NCBI GenBank assembly: GCA_038087875.1
Contig: JAXLNO010000611.1
Span: 1 to 64,000 of the forward strand
DNA from: Malacoraja senta
Lineage: Eukaryota
Direction of reading: 5' to 3'
DNA: 64,000 nucleotides
Part shown: piece by piece, positions 45,735 to 60,700 of the stretch
Layout: each line of letters opens with the position of its first letter
Numbering within the stretch: the first letter of the stretch is position 1
The notes under the pieces: model-generated
Database searches by the model: none
The model's input: only the letters and a program-made list of their open reading frames with translations
What the model was told of the DNA's origin: nothing
Made by a program: the position numbers and the translations under genes

Positions 45735-48700
45735 TTATGCATCCTGTAATTTTGTCGCTTTTCGTGTCCTGAATTTACGTCGCTTTTGGCATTTTTAATT
45801 TTCGTCGCCTTTCCTGTCCTGAATTTTCGTCACTTTTCGCATGCTGAATTTTTGTCGCTTTTCGCATGCTGAATTATCGTCGCTTTTCGTGTGCTGAAAT
45901 TTTGGCGCTTTTCACATTCTGAAATTGCGTCGCTTTTCATGTCCTGAATTTTGGTTGCTTTTCATGTCCTGAAGGTTCGTCGCTTTTTGTGTGGCCGAAA
46001 TTTTGTCACTTTCGTGTCCTGAAATTTTGTCATTTCATGCGTCCTGAACTTTTGTCACTTTTTATATCCTGAATTTCAACGCGTTTGGCGTTTTGAATTT
46101 TCGTCGCCTTTCGCGTGCTGAATTTTCGTTGCTTTGCATGTGCTGAATTTTTGTTGTTATTCGCGTGCTGTAATTTAGTTGCATTTCACGCCCTGAATCG
46201 CCTTTCGCATCCTGAAGGTTCATCGCTTTTCACATCCTGAAGGTTCGTCGCTTTTCGTGTGCTGAATTTTTGTCGCTTTTCACATGCTGCATTTTCATCG
46301 CTTTTCCTGTGCTGAAATTTTGTCGCTTTATGCATCCTGAAATTTCATCGCTTTTCGCGTCCTGAATTTATGTCGCTTTTGGCATTTTGAATTTTTGTCG
46401 CCTTTCGCGTCCTGAATTTTCGTCGCTTTTCGCTTGCTGAATTTTAGGCGCTTTTCTCGTCCTGAAGGTTCGTCACTTTTCACGTGCTGAATTTTCATCG
46501 CTTTTCGCAGGTTGAATTTTCGTCACTTTTTGCGTGCTGAAATTTAGTCGCTTTTCGCGTGCTGAATTTTTGTCACTTTTCACGTTCTGAATTTTCGTTG
46601 CTTTTTGTGTGCTGAAACTTCAGCGCTTTCCATGTGCTGAAATTTCGTCACTTTTCACGTCCTGAAATTTCGTCACTTTTTGCATGCTGAATTTTCGTCA
46701 CTTTTCACGAGCTGAATTTTCGTCGCTTTTCATGTCCTGAAGGGTCATCACTTTGCGCGTGCTGAATTTTCGTCACTTTTCTTGTCCTGAAGGTTCGTCA
46801 CATTTTGTGTGCCGAAATGTTATCGCTTTTCATGTCATCGCATTTTGCATCCTGAATTTATATTGCTTTTGGCGTTTTGAATTTTCATCACCTTTCGCGT
46901 CATGAATTTTCATCGCTTTTTGCGTGCTGAATTTTTGTCGCTTTTTGCGCGCTGAATTTTTGTCGCTTTTTGCATGCTAAATTTTCCTCGCTTTTCTCGT
47001 GCTGAAATTTCGTCACTATTCCTGTGCTGAAATGTCATCACGTATCGCATGCTGAAATTTCGTCGCTTTATGCGTCCTGAACTTTAGTTGATTTTCTCGT
47101 CCTGAATTTACGTTGCTTTTGGTATTTTAAATTTTCGTCGCTTTTCACGTCCTGACATTTCCCCCCATTTCAAACGCTGAATTTTCGTTGCTTTTCTCCA
47201 TTTTAGCATCCTAAATTTTCGTACCTTTTCGAATCCTGAATATTTGTACCATTCCGCATCCTGAATTTTCGTCCCTTTCTGCGTCCTGAATTTTCGTCCC
47301 GTTTCGCCTCCTGAATGTTTGTCGCGTTTCACGGCCAGAATTTTGGTAGCTTTTCGTACCCTGAAATTTCATCGCATTTTGCGCCATAAAATTTTGTTGC
47401 TTTTCGTGTGCTGAACTTTCGTCTATTTTCACATGCTGATTTTTCCTCACTTTTCCTGTGCTGAAATTTCGTCGCTTTATGCGTCCTGAAATTTCGTCTC
47501 TTTTCTCATCCTGAATTTATATTGCTTTTGGCGTTTTGAATTTTTATCGCCATTGGCAACCAGAATTTGTGTCACTTTTCGTGTGCTGAATTTTCGTCGC
47601 TTTTCGCGTGCTGAATTTTCATCGCTTTTCACAGGCTGAATTATCTTCGCTTTTCACGTGCTGAAAGTTCGTTGCTTTTCACGACCTGAAATTTTGTCGC
47701 TTTATGCGTCCTGCAGTTTCGTCACTTTTCTCGTCCTGAAATTTTGTCGCTTTACGCATCCTTAAATTTCATCGCTTTTTGCATCCTGAATTTACATTGC
47801 TTTTGGCGTTTTAAATTTTTGTCGCCTTTCGCGTCCTGAATTTTCGTCGCTTTTCGCTTGCTAAAATTTCGTCGTTTTTCGCGTCCTGAAGGTTCGTCAC
47901 TTTTCACGTGCTGAATTTTCATCGCCTTTCGCAGGTTGAATTTTCGTCACTTTTCGCGTGCTGAAATTTCGTCGCTTTTCGCGTGCTGAATTTTTGTCAC
48001 TTTTCACGTTCTGAATTTTCGTTGCTTTTTGTGTGCTGAAACTTCAGCACTTTTCATGTGCTGAAATTTCGTCGCTTTTCACGTCCTGAAATTTCGTCGC
48101 TTTTTGCATGCTGAATTTTCGCCACTTTTCACGTGCTGAATTTTCGTCGCTTTTCATGTCCTGAAGGGTCATCACTTTTCGCGTGCTGAATTTTCGTCGC
48201 TTTTCAAGTCCTGAAGGTTCGTCACATTTTGTGTGCCGAAATTTTATCGCATTTCATGTCATGAAATTTTGTCGCTTTTCGCATCCTGAATTTACGTTGC
48301 TTTAGGCATTTTGAATTTTCGTCGCCTTTCGTCTCCTGATGGTTCATCACTTTTCGCGTGCTGAATTTTCGTCGCTTTTCACATCCTGAAATTCGTCGCA
48401 TTATGCGTCCTGAAATTTCGTCGCGTTTATTCTCCTGAATTTACGTCACTTTTCGTGTGCTTCATTTTCGTTGCTTTTCGCGTGCTTCATTTTCATCACT
48501 TTTCGCATCCTCATCGCTTTTCGCATGAAGAATTTTTGTCGCTTTTCACATCCTGAATTTATGTTGCTTTTGGCATTTTGAATTTTCGTCGCCTTTCGCC
48601 TCCTGATGCTTCATTTTCATCACTTTTCACGTCCTGAAGGTTTGTCGCTTTTCGCATGCTGAATTTTTATCACTTTTCGCGTGCTGAATTTTCGTTGCCT

Positions 48701-51700
48701 TAGTCGTCCTGAAATGTTGTCACTTTATGCGTCCTGGTTTCGTTGCTTTTCGTGTCCTAAAATTTCATCGCTTTTTGGATCCTGAAATTTCATCGCATTT
48801 TGCATCCTGAATTTATATTGCTTTTGGCGTTTTGAATTTTCATCACCTTTCGCGTCATGAATTTTCGTCGCTTTTTGCGTTCTGAATTTTTGTCGCTTTT
48901 TGCGTGCTGAATTTTTGTCGCTTTTTGCATGCTGAATTTTCCTCGCTTTTCTCGTGCTGAAATTTCGTCACTATTCCTGTGCTGAAATGTCATCACGTAT
49001 CGCATGCTGAAATTTCGTCGCTTTATGCGTCCTGAAATTTAGTTGATTTTCTCGTCCTTAATTTACGTTGCTTTTGGTATTTTAAATTTTCGTCGCTTTT
49101 CACGTCCTGACATTTCCCCCCATTTCAAACGCTGAATTTTTGTCACTTTTCACGTTCTGAATTTTCGTTGCTTTTTGTGTGCTGAAACTTCAGCACTTTT
49201 CATGTGCTGAAATTTCGTCGCTTTTCAAGTCCTGAAATTTCGTCGCTTTTTGCATGCTGAATTTTCGCCACTTTTCACGTGCTGAATTTTCATCGCTTTT
49301 CATGTCCTGAAGGGTCATCACTTTTCGCGTGCTGAATTTTCGTCGCTTTTCAAGTCCTGAAGGTTCGTCACATTTTGTGTGCCGAAATTTTATCGCTTTT
49401 CATGTCATGAAATGTTGTCGCTTTTCGCATCCTGAATTTACGTTGCTTTAGGCATTTTGAATGTTCGTCGCCTTCCGTCTCCTGATGGTTCGTCACTTCT
49501 CGCGTGCTGAATTTTCGTCGTTTTTCACATCCTGAAATTCGTCGCATTATGCGTCCTGAAATTTCGTCGCTTTTATTCTCCTGAATTTACGTCACTTTTC
49601 GAGTGCTTCATTTTCGTTGCTTTTCGCGTGCTTCATTTTCATCACTTTTCGCAACCTCATCGCTTTTCGCATGCAGAATTTTTGTCGCTTTTCACGTCCT
49701 GAATTTATGTTGCTTTTGGCAATTTGAATTTTCGTCGCCTTTCTCCTCCTGATGCTTCATTTTCATCATTTTTGCGTCCTGAAGGTTTGTCGCTTTTCGC
49801 ATGCTGAATTTTTATCACTTTTCGCGTGCTGAATTTTCGTTGCTTTAGTCGTCCTGAAATGTTGTCACTTTATGCGTCCTGGTTTCATTGCTTTTCGTGT
49901 CCTAAAATTTCATCGCTTTTTGCGTCCTGAAATTTCATCGCATTTTGCATCCTGAATTTATATTGCTTTTGGCATTTTGTATTTTCATCACCTTTCGCGT
50001 CATGAATTTTCGTCGCCTTTTGCGTTCTGAATTTTTGTCGCTTTTTGCGTGCTGAATTTTTGTCGCTTTTTGCATGCTGAATTTTCCTCGCTTTTCTCGT
50101 GCTGAAATTTCGTCACTATTCCTGTGCTGAAATTTCATCACGTATCGCATGCTGAAATTTCGTTGCTTTATGCGTCCTGAAATTTAGTTGATTTTCTCGT
50201 TGCTTTTGGTATTTTAAATTTTCGTCGCTTTTCACGTCCTGACATTTCCCCCATTTCAAACGCTGAATTTTCGTTGCTTTTCTCCATTTTAGCATCCTAA
50301 ATTTTTGTACCTTTTCGAATCCTGAATATTTGTACCATTCCGCATCCTGAATTTTCGTCCCTTTCTGCGTCCTGAATTTTCGTCCCGTTTCGCCTCCTGA
50401 ATGTTTGTCGCGTTTCACGGCCTGATTTTGGTAGCTTTTCGTACCCTGAAATTTCATCGCATTTTGCGCCATAAAATTTTGTTGCTTTTCGTGTGCTGAA
50501 CTTTCGTCTCTTTTCACATGCTGATTTTTCATCACTTTTCCTGTGCTGAAATTTCGTCGCTTTATGCATCCTGAAATTTCGTCTCTTTTCTCATCCTGAA
50601 TTTATATTGCTTTTGGCGTTTTGAATTATTATCGCCTTTGGCGACCAGAATTTGTGTCACTTTTCGTGTGCTGAATTTTCGTCGCTTTTCGCGTGCTGAA
50701 TTTTCATCACTTTTCACAGGCTGAATTATCTTCGCTTTTCATGTGCTGAAAGTTCGTTGCTTTTCACGACCTGAAATGTTGTCGCTTTGTGCGTCCTGCA
50801 GTTTCGTCACTTTTCTCGTCCTGAAATTTTGTCGCTTTATGCATCCTTAAATTTCATCGCTTTTTGCATCCTGAATTTACATTGCTTTTGGCGTTTTGAA
50901 TTTTTGTCGCCTTTCGCGTCCTGAATTTTCGTTGCTTTTCGCTTGCTGAATTTTCATCGTTTTTCGCGTCCTGAAGGTTCGTCACTTTTCACGTGCTGAA
51001 TTTTCATCGCCTTTCGCAGGTTGAATTTTCGTCACTTTTCGCGTGCTGAAATTTCGTCGCTTTTCGCGTGCTGAATTTTTGTCACTTTTCACGTTCTGAA
51101 TTTTCGTTGCTTTTTGTGTGCTGAAACTTCAGCACTTTTCATGTGCTGAAATTTCGTCGCTTTTCACGTCCTGAAATTTCGTCGCTTTTTGCATGCTGAA
51201 TTTTCGCCACTTTTCACGTGCTGAATTTTCATCGCTTTTCATGTCCTGAAGGGTCATCACTTTTCGCGTGCTGAATTTTCGTCGCTTTTCAAGTCCTGAA
51301 GGTTCGTCACATTTTGTGTGCCGAAATTTTATCGCTTTTCATGTCATGAAATTTTGTCGCTTTTCGCATCCTGAATTTACGTTGCTTTAGGCATTTTGAA
51401 TTTTCGTCGCCTTCCGTCTCCTGATGGTTCGTCACTTCTCGCGTGCTGAATTTTCGTCGTTTTTCACATCCTGAAATTCGTCGCATTATGCGTCCTGAAA
51501 TTTCGTCGCTTTTATTCTCCTGAATTTACGTCACTTTTCGAGTGCTTCATTTTCGTTGCTTTTCGCGTGCTTCATTTTCATCACTTTTCGCAACCTCATC
51601 GCTTTTCGCATGCAGAATTTTTGTCGCTTTTCACGTCCTGAATTTATGTTGCTTTTGGCAATTTGAATTTTCGTCGCCTTTCTCCTCCTGATGCTTCATT

Positions 51701-54700
51701 TTCATCATTTTTGCGTCCTGAAGGTTTGTCGCTTTTCGCATGCTGAATTTTTATCACTTTTCGCGTGCTGAATTTTCGTTGCTTTAGTCGTCCTGAAATG
51801 TTGTCACTTTATGCGTCCTGGTTTCGTTGCTTTTCGTGTCCTAAAATTTCATCGCTTTTTGCGTCCTGAAATTTCATCGCATTTTGCATCCTGAATTTAT
51901 ATTGCTTTTGGCGTTTTGAATTTTCATCACCTTTCGCGTCATGAATTTTCGTCGCTTTTTGCGTTCTGAATTTTTGTCGCTTTTTGCGTGCTGAATTTTT
52001 GTCGCTTTTTGCATGCTGAATTTTCCTCGCTTTTCTCGTGCTGAAATTTCGTCACTATTCCTGTGCTGAAATGTCATCACGTATCGCATGCTGAAATTTC
52101 GTCGCTTTATGCATCCTGAAATTTAGTTGATTTTCTCGTCCTGAATTTACGTTGCTTTTGGTATTTTAAATTTTCGTCGCTTTTCACGTCCTGACATTTC
52201 CCCCCATTTCAAACGCTGAATTTTCGTTGCTTTTCTCCATTTTAGCATCCTGAATTTTCGTACCTTTTCGAATCCTGAATATTTGTACCATTCCGCATCC
52301 TGAATTTTCGTCCCTTTCTGTGTCCTGAATTTTCGTCCCGTTTCGCCTCCTGAATGTTTGTCGCGTTTCACGTCCTGAATTTTGGTAGCTTATTGCACCC
52401 TGAAATTTCATCGCATTTTGCGCCATAAAATGTTGTTGATTTTTGCGTGCTGAAGTTTCGTCGCCTTTCGCATGCTGAATTTTCATCGCTTTTCGCATGC
52501 TAAATTTTCGTCGCTTTTCGTGTCCTGAAGGGTCATCACTTTTCACGTGCTGAATTTTCGTCGCTTTTCACATCCTGAAATTTCGTCGCATTATGCGTCC
52601 TGAAATTTCGTCGCTTTTATTCCCCTGAATTTACGTCACTTTTCGTGTGCTTCATTTTCGTTGCTTTTCGCCTGCTTCATTTTCATCACTTTTCGCATCC
52701 TCATCCCTTTTCGCATGCAGAATTTTTGTCGCTTTTCACGTCCTGAATTTATGTCGCTTTTGGCATTTTGAATTTTCGTCGCCTTTCGCCTCCTGATGCT
52801 TCATTTTCATCACTTTTCGCGTCCTGAAGGTTTGTCGCTTTTCGCATGCTGAATTTTTTTATCACTTTTCGCGTGCTGAATTTTCGTTGCTTTAGTCGTC
52901 CTGAAATGTTGTCACTTTATGCGTCCTGGTTTCGGTGCTTTTCGTGTCCTAAAATTTCATCGCTTTTTTACGTCCTGAAATTTCATCGCATTTTGCATCC
53001 TGAATTTATATTGCTTTTGGCGTTTTGAATTTTCATCACCTTTCGCGTCATGAATTTTCGTCACTTTTTGCGTGCTGAATTTTTGTCGCTTTTTGCATGC
53101 TGAATTTTCCTCGCTTTTCTCGTGCTGAAATTTCGTCACTATTCCTCTGCTGAAATGTTATCACGTATCGCATGCTGAAATTTTGTCACTATATGCGTCC
53201 TGAAATTTAGTTGATTTTCTCGTCCTGAATTTACGTTGCTTTTGGTATTTTGAATTTTCGTCGCTTTTCTCGTCCTGACATTTCCCCCCATTTCAAACGC
53301 TGAATTTTCGTTGCTTTTCTCCATTTTAGCTACCTGAATTTTCGTACCTTTTCGAATCCTGAATATTTGTACCATTCCGCATCCTGAATTTTCGTCCCTT
53401 TCTGCGTCCTGAATTTCCGTCCCGTTTCGCCTCCTGAATGTTTGTCGCACCCTGAAATTTCATCGCATTTTTCGCCATAAAATGTTGTTGCTTTTTGCGT
53501 GCTGAAGTTTCGTCGCCTTTCGCATGCTTCATTTTCATCACTTTTCGCATCCTCATCGCTTTTCGCATGCAGAATTTTTGTCGCTTTTCACGTCCTGAAT
53601 TTGTTGCTTTTGGCATTTTGAATTTTCGTCGCCTTTCTCCTCCTGATGCTTCATTTTCATCATTTTTGCGTCCTGAAGGTTTGTCACTTTTCGCATGCTG
53701 AATTTTTATCACTTTTCGCGTGCTGAATTTTCGTTGCTTTAGTCGTCCTGAAATGTTGTCACTTTATGCGTCCTGGTTTCGTTGCTTTTCGTGTCCAAAA
53801 ATTTCATCGCTTTTTGCGTCCTGAAATTTCATCGCATTTTGCATCCTGAATTTATATTGCTTTTGGCGTTTTGAATTTTCATCACCTTTCGCGTCATGAA
53901 TTTTCGTCGCTTTTTGCGTTCTGAATTTTTGTCGCTTTTTGCGTGCTGAATTTTTGTCGCTTTTTGCATGCTGAATTTTCCTCGCTTTTCTCGTGCTGAA
54001 ATTTCGTCACTATTCCTGTGCTGAAATGTCATCACGTATCGCATGCTGAAATTTCGTCGCTTTATGCATCCTGAAATTTAGTTGATTTTCTCGTCCTGAA
54101 TTTACGTTGCTTTTGGTATTTTAAATTTTCGTCGCTTTTCACGTCCTGACATTTCCCCCCATTTCAAACGCTGAATTTTCGTTGCTTTTCTCCATTTTAG
54201 CATCCTGAATTTTTGTACCTTTTCGAATCCTGAATATTTGTACCATTCCGCATCCTGAATTTTCGTCCCTTTCTGTGTCCTGAATTTTCGTCCCGTTTCG
54301 CCTCCTGAATGTTTGTCGCGTTTCACGTCCTGAATTTTGGTAGCTTTTTGCACCCTGAAATTTCATCGCATTTTGCGCCATAAAATTTTGTTGCTTTTTG
54401 CGTGCTGAAGTTTCGTCGCCTTTCGCATGCTGAATTTTCATCGCTTTTCGCATGCTGAATTTTCGTCGCTTTTCGTGTCCTGAAGGGTCATCACTTTTCG
54501 CGTGCTGAATTTTCGTCGCTTTTCACATCCTGAAATTTCGTCGCATTATGCATCCTGAAATTTCGTCGCTTTTATTCCCCTGAATTTACGTCACTTTTCG
54601 TGTGCTTCATTTTCGTTGCTTTTCGCCTGCTTCATTTTCATCACTTTTCACATCCTCATCCCTTTTCGCATGCAGAATTTTTGTCGCTTTTTACGTCCTG

Positions 54701-57700
54701 AATTTATGTCGCTTTTGGCATTTTGAATTTTCGTCGCCTTTCGCCTCCTGATGCTTCATTTTCATCACTTTTCGCATCCTGAAGGTTTGTCGCTTTTCGC
54801 ATGCTGAATATTTAATCACTTTTCGCGTGCTGAATTTTCGTTGCTTTAGTCGTCCTGAAATGTTGTCACTTTATGCGTCCTGGTTTCGTTGCTTTTCATG
54901 TCCTAAAATTTCATCGCTTTTTGCGTCCTGAAATTTCATCGCATTTTGCATCCTGAATTTATATTGCTTTTGGCGTTTTGAATTTTCATCACCTTTCGCG
55001 TCATGAATTTTCGTCACTTTTTGCGTGCTGAATTTTTGTCGCTTTTTGCATGCTGAATTTTCCTCGCTTTTCTCGTGCTGAAATTTCGTCACTATTCCTG
55101 TGCTGAAATGTCATCACGTATCGCATGCTGAAATTTTGTCACTATATGCGTCCTGAAATTTAGTTGATTTCCTCGTCCTGAATTTACGTTGCTTTTGGTA
55201 TTTTGAATTTTCGTCGCTTTTCTCGTCCTGACATTTCCCCCCATTTCAAACGCTGAATTTTCGTTGCTTTCCTCCATTTTAGCATCCTGAATTTTCGTAC
55301 CTTTTCGAATCCTGAATATTTGTACCATTCCGCATCCTGAATTTTCGTCCCTTTCTGCGTCCTGAATTTTCGTCCCGTTTCGCCTCCTGAATGTTTGTCG
55401 CACCCTGAAATTTCATCGCATTTTTCGCCATAAAATGTTGTTGCTTTTTGCGTGCTGAAGTTTCGTCGCCTTTCGCATGCTGAATTTTCATCGCTTTTCG
55501 CATGGTGAATTTTCGTCGCTTTTCTTGTGCTGAAATTTCGTTGCTTTTCATGTCCTGAAATTTCGTTGCATTTCACGTCCTGAATTTATGTTGCATTTGG
55601 CGTCCTGAATTTTCGTCGCCTTTAGCGTCCTGAATTTTCATCAATTTTTGCATCCTGAAGGTTCGTTGCTTTTCGTGTGCTGAATTTTCGTCTCTTTTCA
55701 CATGCTGATTTTTCATCACTTTTCCTGTGCTGAAATTTCGTCGCTTTATGCGTCCTGAAATTTTGTCTCTTTTCTCATCCTGAATTTATATTGCTTTTGG
55801 CGTTTTGAATTTTTATCGCCTTTGGCAACCAGAATTTGTGTCACTTTTCGTGTGCTGAATTTTCGTCGCTTTTCGCGTGCTGAATTTTCATCGCTTTTCA
55901 CAGGCTGAATTATCTTCGCTTTTCACGTGCTGAAAGTTCGTCACTTTTCTCGACCTGAAATTTTGTCGCTTTATGCGTCCTAAAATTTCATCGCTTTTTG
56001 CATCCTGAATTTACATTGCTTTTGGCGTTTTGAATTTTTGTCGCCTTTCGCGTCGTGAATTTTGTCGCTTTTCGCGTGCTGAATTTTCGTCGCTTTATGC
56101 ATGCTGAATATTCGTCACTTGTTTCGTGCTGAAATTTTGTCACTTCTTGCGTCCTGAATTTATGTTGCTTTTGGCGTTTAAAATTTTTGTCACCTCTTGC
56201 GTCCTGAATTTTCGTCACTTTTCATGTGCTGACTTTTCATTGCTTTCCTCGTGCTGAATTTTCGTCGTTTTTCGTGTCCTGAAGGTTAGTCTCTGATCGC
56301 CTGATGAATTTGCGTTTCTTTTCGCATCCTGAAGGTTCCTCGCTTTAAGACTGCTGAATTTTTGTCGCTTTTCGCATGCTGAATTTTCGTCTCTTTTCCT
56401 CTGCTGAAGTTTTGTCGCTTAATGCTTCCTGTAATTTTGTCGCTTTTAGCATCCTGAATTTATGTCACCTTTGGCGTTTTTATTTTCCTTGCCTTTCGTG
56501 TCCTGAATTTTCGTCGCTTTTCGCGTGCTGAAATTCATCACTTTTCCAGTGCTGAAATTTCATCACATATCGTGTGCTGAAAGTTCGTCGCTTTTCGCGT
56601 TCCTGAATTTATTTTACTTTTTTTTGCTGAATTTCTTCGCTTGTCACGTGCTGAATTTTCGTCACCTTTCATGTGCTAAAATGTTGTCGCTTTTCATGTC
56701 CTGAAATTTTGTCGCTTCATGTGTCCTGAACTTTTGTCGCTTTTCGCAACCTGAATTTACGTCACTTTTGACGTTTTGAATTTTTGTCGCCTTTCGCATC
56801 CTGAATTTTCATCACTTTAGGTGTGCTGAAATTTCGTTGATTATTGCGTCCTGAAATTTGGGTCACATTTAGCATCCTGAATTTTAGTTGCTTTTCACAT
56901 GCTGAATTTTCGTCACTTTTCATGTGCTGAAATTTCGTGCGTTTTGCGTCCTGAATTTTTGGCGCTTTTCTCGTCCTGAAATTTCGCCGCTTTTCGCATC
57001 CTGAATTTATGTCGCTTTAGGCATTTTTAATTTTTTGTGCCTCTTGCGTCCTGAAGTTTCGTCACTTTTCATGTGCTGGATTTTCGTAGCTTTTCTTGTG
57101 CTGAATTTTTGTCCCTTTTCGCGTCCTGAAGGTTTGTCGCTGATCGCGTCCTGAATTTTCGTTGCTTTTCACATTCTGAAATTTTGTCGCTTTATGCGTC
57201 CTGTAATTTCGTCACTTTTTGCGTCCTGAATTTATGTCGCTTTAGGCTTTTTGAATTTTCGGCGCATTTCGCGTTCTGAATTTTCATCACTTTTCATGTG
57301 CTAAATTTTAATCACTTTTTGCATGCTGAATTTTCGTCGCCTTTTGTGTGCTGAATTTTCGGCGCTTTTTGTGTGCTGAAATTTCGTCGGTTTTCCCGTC
57401 CTGAAATTTAGTTGCATTTCGCGTCCTGAATTTTTGTAGCATTTCACGTCCTGAATTTTTGTCACTTTTAGCGTCCTGAATTTTTGTTGCTTTTCGCATC
57501 CTAAAAGCTCGTCGCTTTCCATGTGCTGAATTTTTGTCTCGTTTCCTGTGCTGAAATTTCGTCGCTTCATGCCTCCTGAAATTTCCTCGCTTTTCCCGTA
57601 CTGAATTTACGTCGCTTTTGGCATTTTGAATTTTCATCGCCTTTCGCTGTCCTGAATTTTCGTCGCTTTTTGCGTGCAGAATTTTCGTCGCTTTTTGCAT

Positions 57701-60700
57701 TCTGAATTTTCCTTGCTTTTCGCATGCTGAAAGTCCATCACTTTTCCTGCGCTGAAATTTCATCGCGTATCGTGTGCTGAAATTTCGTCGCTTTATGCCT
57801 CCTGCAAATTCGTCGCTTTTCTCATCCTAAATTTACGTCGCTTTTGGCATTTTGAATTTTCGCATCCTAAATTTTTCTCCGTTTTAGTATCCTGAAATTT
57901 CGTACCTTTTCGAATCCTCAATTTTCGTACTTCCGCAACCAGAATTTTCGTCCCTTTCTGCATCCTAAATGTTTGTCGCGTTTCACGTCCTGAATTTTCA
58001 TATCTTTTCGCGTCCTGAATTTTCGTACCTTTCAGCACACTGAATTTTCGTCCCTTTCTGATGGCCTATATGTTTGTCGCATTTCATGTCCTCAATTTTC
58101 GTAACTTTTCGCCTCGTGAATTTTCATCGCTTTTTGCATCCTGAAATTTAGTCGCCTTTCTCGTCCTGAATTTACGTCGCTTTTGGTGCTGTGGAATTTT
58201 CGTCTCCTTTCGCGTGCTGAATTTTTGTCGCATTTTGCGTGCTGAATTATTGTCGCTTTTCTCGTGCTGAATTTTCGTGGCTTTCCGTGTGCTGAAATTT
58301 CATCACTTTTTGCCTCCTGAAATTTCTGCGCATTTTGTGTCCTAAAATTTCGTCGCTTTTTGCTTGCTGAATTTTCGTTCCTTTTTGCATGCTGAATTTT
58401 CGTTGCTTTTCTCATGCTTAATTTTTGTCACATTTCACATCCTGAAGATTAGTCGCTTTTTGCATGCTGAATTTTCATCGCTTTTCGCGTGGTGAATTTT
58501 CGTCGCTTTACTTGTGCTGAAATTTAGTTGCTTTCTACGTCCTGAAATTTCATTGCATTTTGCGTCCTGAATTTTTGTCGCATTTCACGTCCTGAATTTT
58601 TGTCACTTTTAGCGTCCTGAATTTTCATCGCTTATTGCATCCTGAAGGTTCGTCGCTTTTTGTGTGCTGAATTTCCGTCACTTTTTGCGTGCTGAATTTT
58701 CGTGGCTCTCCGTGTGCTGAAATTTCATCGCTTTTCGCCTCCTGAAATTTCATCGCATTTTGCATCCTAAATTTTCATCACTTTTTGCGTGCTGAATTTT
58801 CGTCGCTATTTGCATGCTGAATTTTCATTGCTTTTTGCATGCTGAATTTTCGTCACTATTCCTGTGCTGAAATTTCGTCGTTTTTCACAGGCTGAAATTC
58901 CGTCGCCTTTCGCGTCCTGAAATTTCGTCGCTTTATGCATCCTGAAGTTTTGTCGCTTTTTGCGCCCTGAATTTACATCGCCTTTCGTGTGCTGAATTTT
59001 TGTCGCCTTACAAGTGCTGAATTTTCGTAGCTTTAATCATGATGAATTTTCGTTGCTTTTCGCGTGTTTCATTTACATCACTTTTCGCATCCTGAAGGTT
59101 CGGTCATTTTCTTGTGCTGAAATTTCGTCGGTTTTCATGTCCTGAAATTTAGTTGCATTTCGCATCTTGAATTTTTGTCGCATTTCACATCCTGAATTTT
59201 CGTCGCTTTTAGCGTCCTGAATTTTCGTCACTTTTCGCATCCTGAAAGTTCGTCGCTTTTCGCGTGCTGAATTTTCGTCGTTTTTCGCAGGCTGAAATTT
59301 CGTCGCTTTTCGCGTTTTTAATTTTCGTCGCCTTTCGCGTCCTGAATTTTCGTCGCTTTTCGCGTGTTGAAGTTTCATCACTTTTCCTGTGCTGAAATTT
59401 CATCGCGTATCGTGTGCTGAAATTTCGTCGTTTTTCACAGGCTGAAATTTCGTCGCCTTTCGCGTCCTGAAATTTCGTCGCTTTATGCGTCCTGAAGTTT
59501 TGTCGCTTTTCACGTCCTGAATTTACGTCGCCTTTCGTGTGCTGAATTTTTGTCACTTTATAAGTGCTGGATTTTCGTCAATTTAATCATGATGAATTTT
59601 CATTGCTTTTCACATGATTCATTTATATTGCATTTCACGTGCTTCATTTACATCACTTTTCGCATCCTGAAAGTTCGGTCATTTTCATGTGCTGAAATTT
59701 CGTTGGTTTTCACGTCTTGAAATTTAGTTGCATTACGCATCCTGAAATTTTGTCGCATTTCACGTCCTGAATTTTCGTCGCTTTTAGCGTCCTGAATTTT
59801 TGTCGCTTTTCGCATCCTGAAATTTCGTCACTTTTCGTGTGCTGAATTTTCGTCTCTTTTCACATGCTGAATGTTCGTCACTTTTCCTGTGCTGAAATTT
59901 CGTCGCGTATCGCGTGCTGAAATTTCGTCGCTTTATGCGTCCTGAAATTTAGTCGCTTTTCTCATCCGGAATTTACGTCGCTATTGGTGGTTTGAATTTT
60001 CGTCGCCTTTTGCGTCCTGAACTTTTGTCGCATTTTGCGTGCTGAATTTTCATCACTTTTCGCGTGCTGAATTTTCGTGGCTTTCTGTGTGCTGAAATTT
60101 CATCGCTTTTTGCCTCCTTAAATTTGATCGCATTTTGCGTCTTAAAATTTAGTCGCTTTTCGCATCCTGAATTTATGTCGCTTTAGGCATTTTTAATTTT
60201 TTGTGCCTCTTGCGTCCTGAAGTTTCGTCACTTTTCATGTGCTGGATTTTCGTCGCTTTTCTTGTGCTGAATTTTTGTCCCTTTTCGCGTCCTGAAGGTT
60301 TGTCGCTGATCGCGTGCTGAATTTTCGTTGCTTTTCACATTCTGAAATTTTGTCGCTTTATGCGTCCTGAAATTTCGTCACTTTTTGCGTCCTGAATTTA
60401 CGTCGCTTTAGGCTTTTTGAATTTTAGGCGCCTTTCGCGTTCTGAATTTTCATCACTTTTCATGTGCTAAATTTTAATCACTTTTTGCATGCTGAATTTT
60501 CGTCGCCTTTTGTGTGCTGAATTTTCGGCGCTTTTCGTGTGCTGAAATTTCGTCGGTTTTCCCGTCCTGAATTTTAGTTGCATTTCGCGTCCTGAATTTT
60601 TGTAGCATTTCACGTCCTGAATTTTCGTCACTTTTAGCGTCCTGAATTTTTGTTGCTTTTCGCATCCTGAAAGCTCGTCGCTTTTCATGTGCTGAATTTT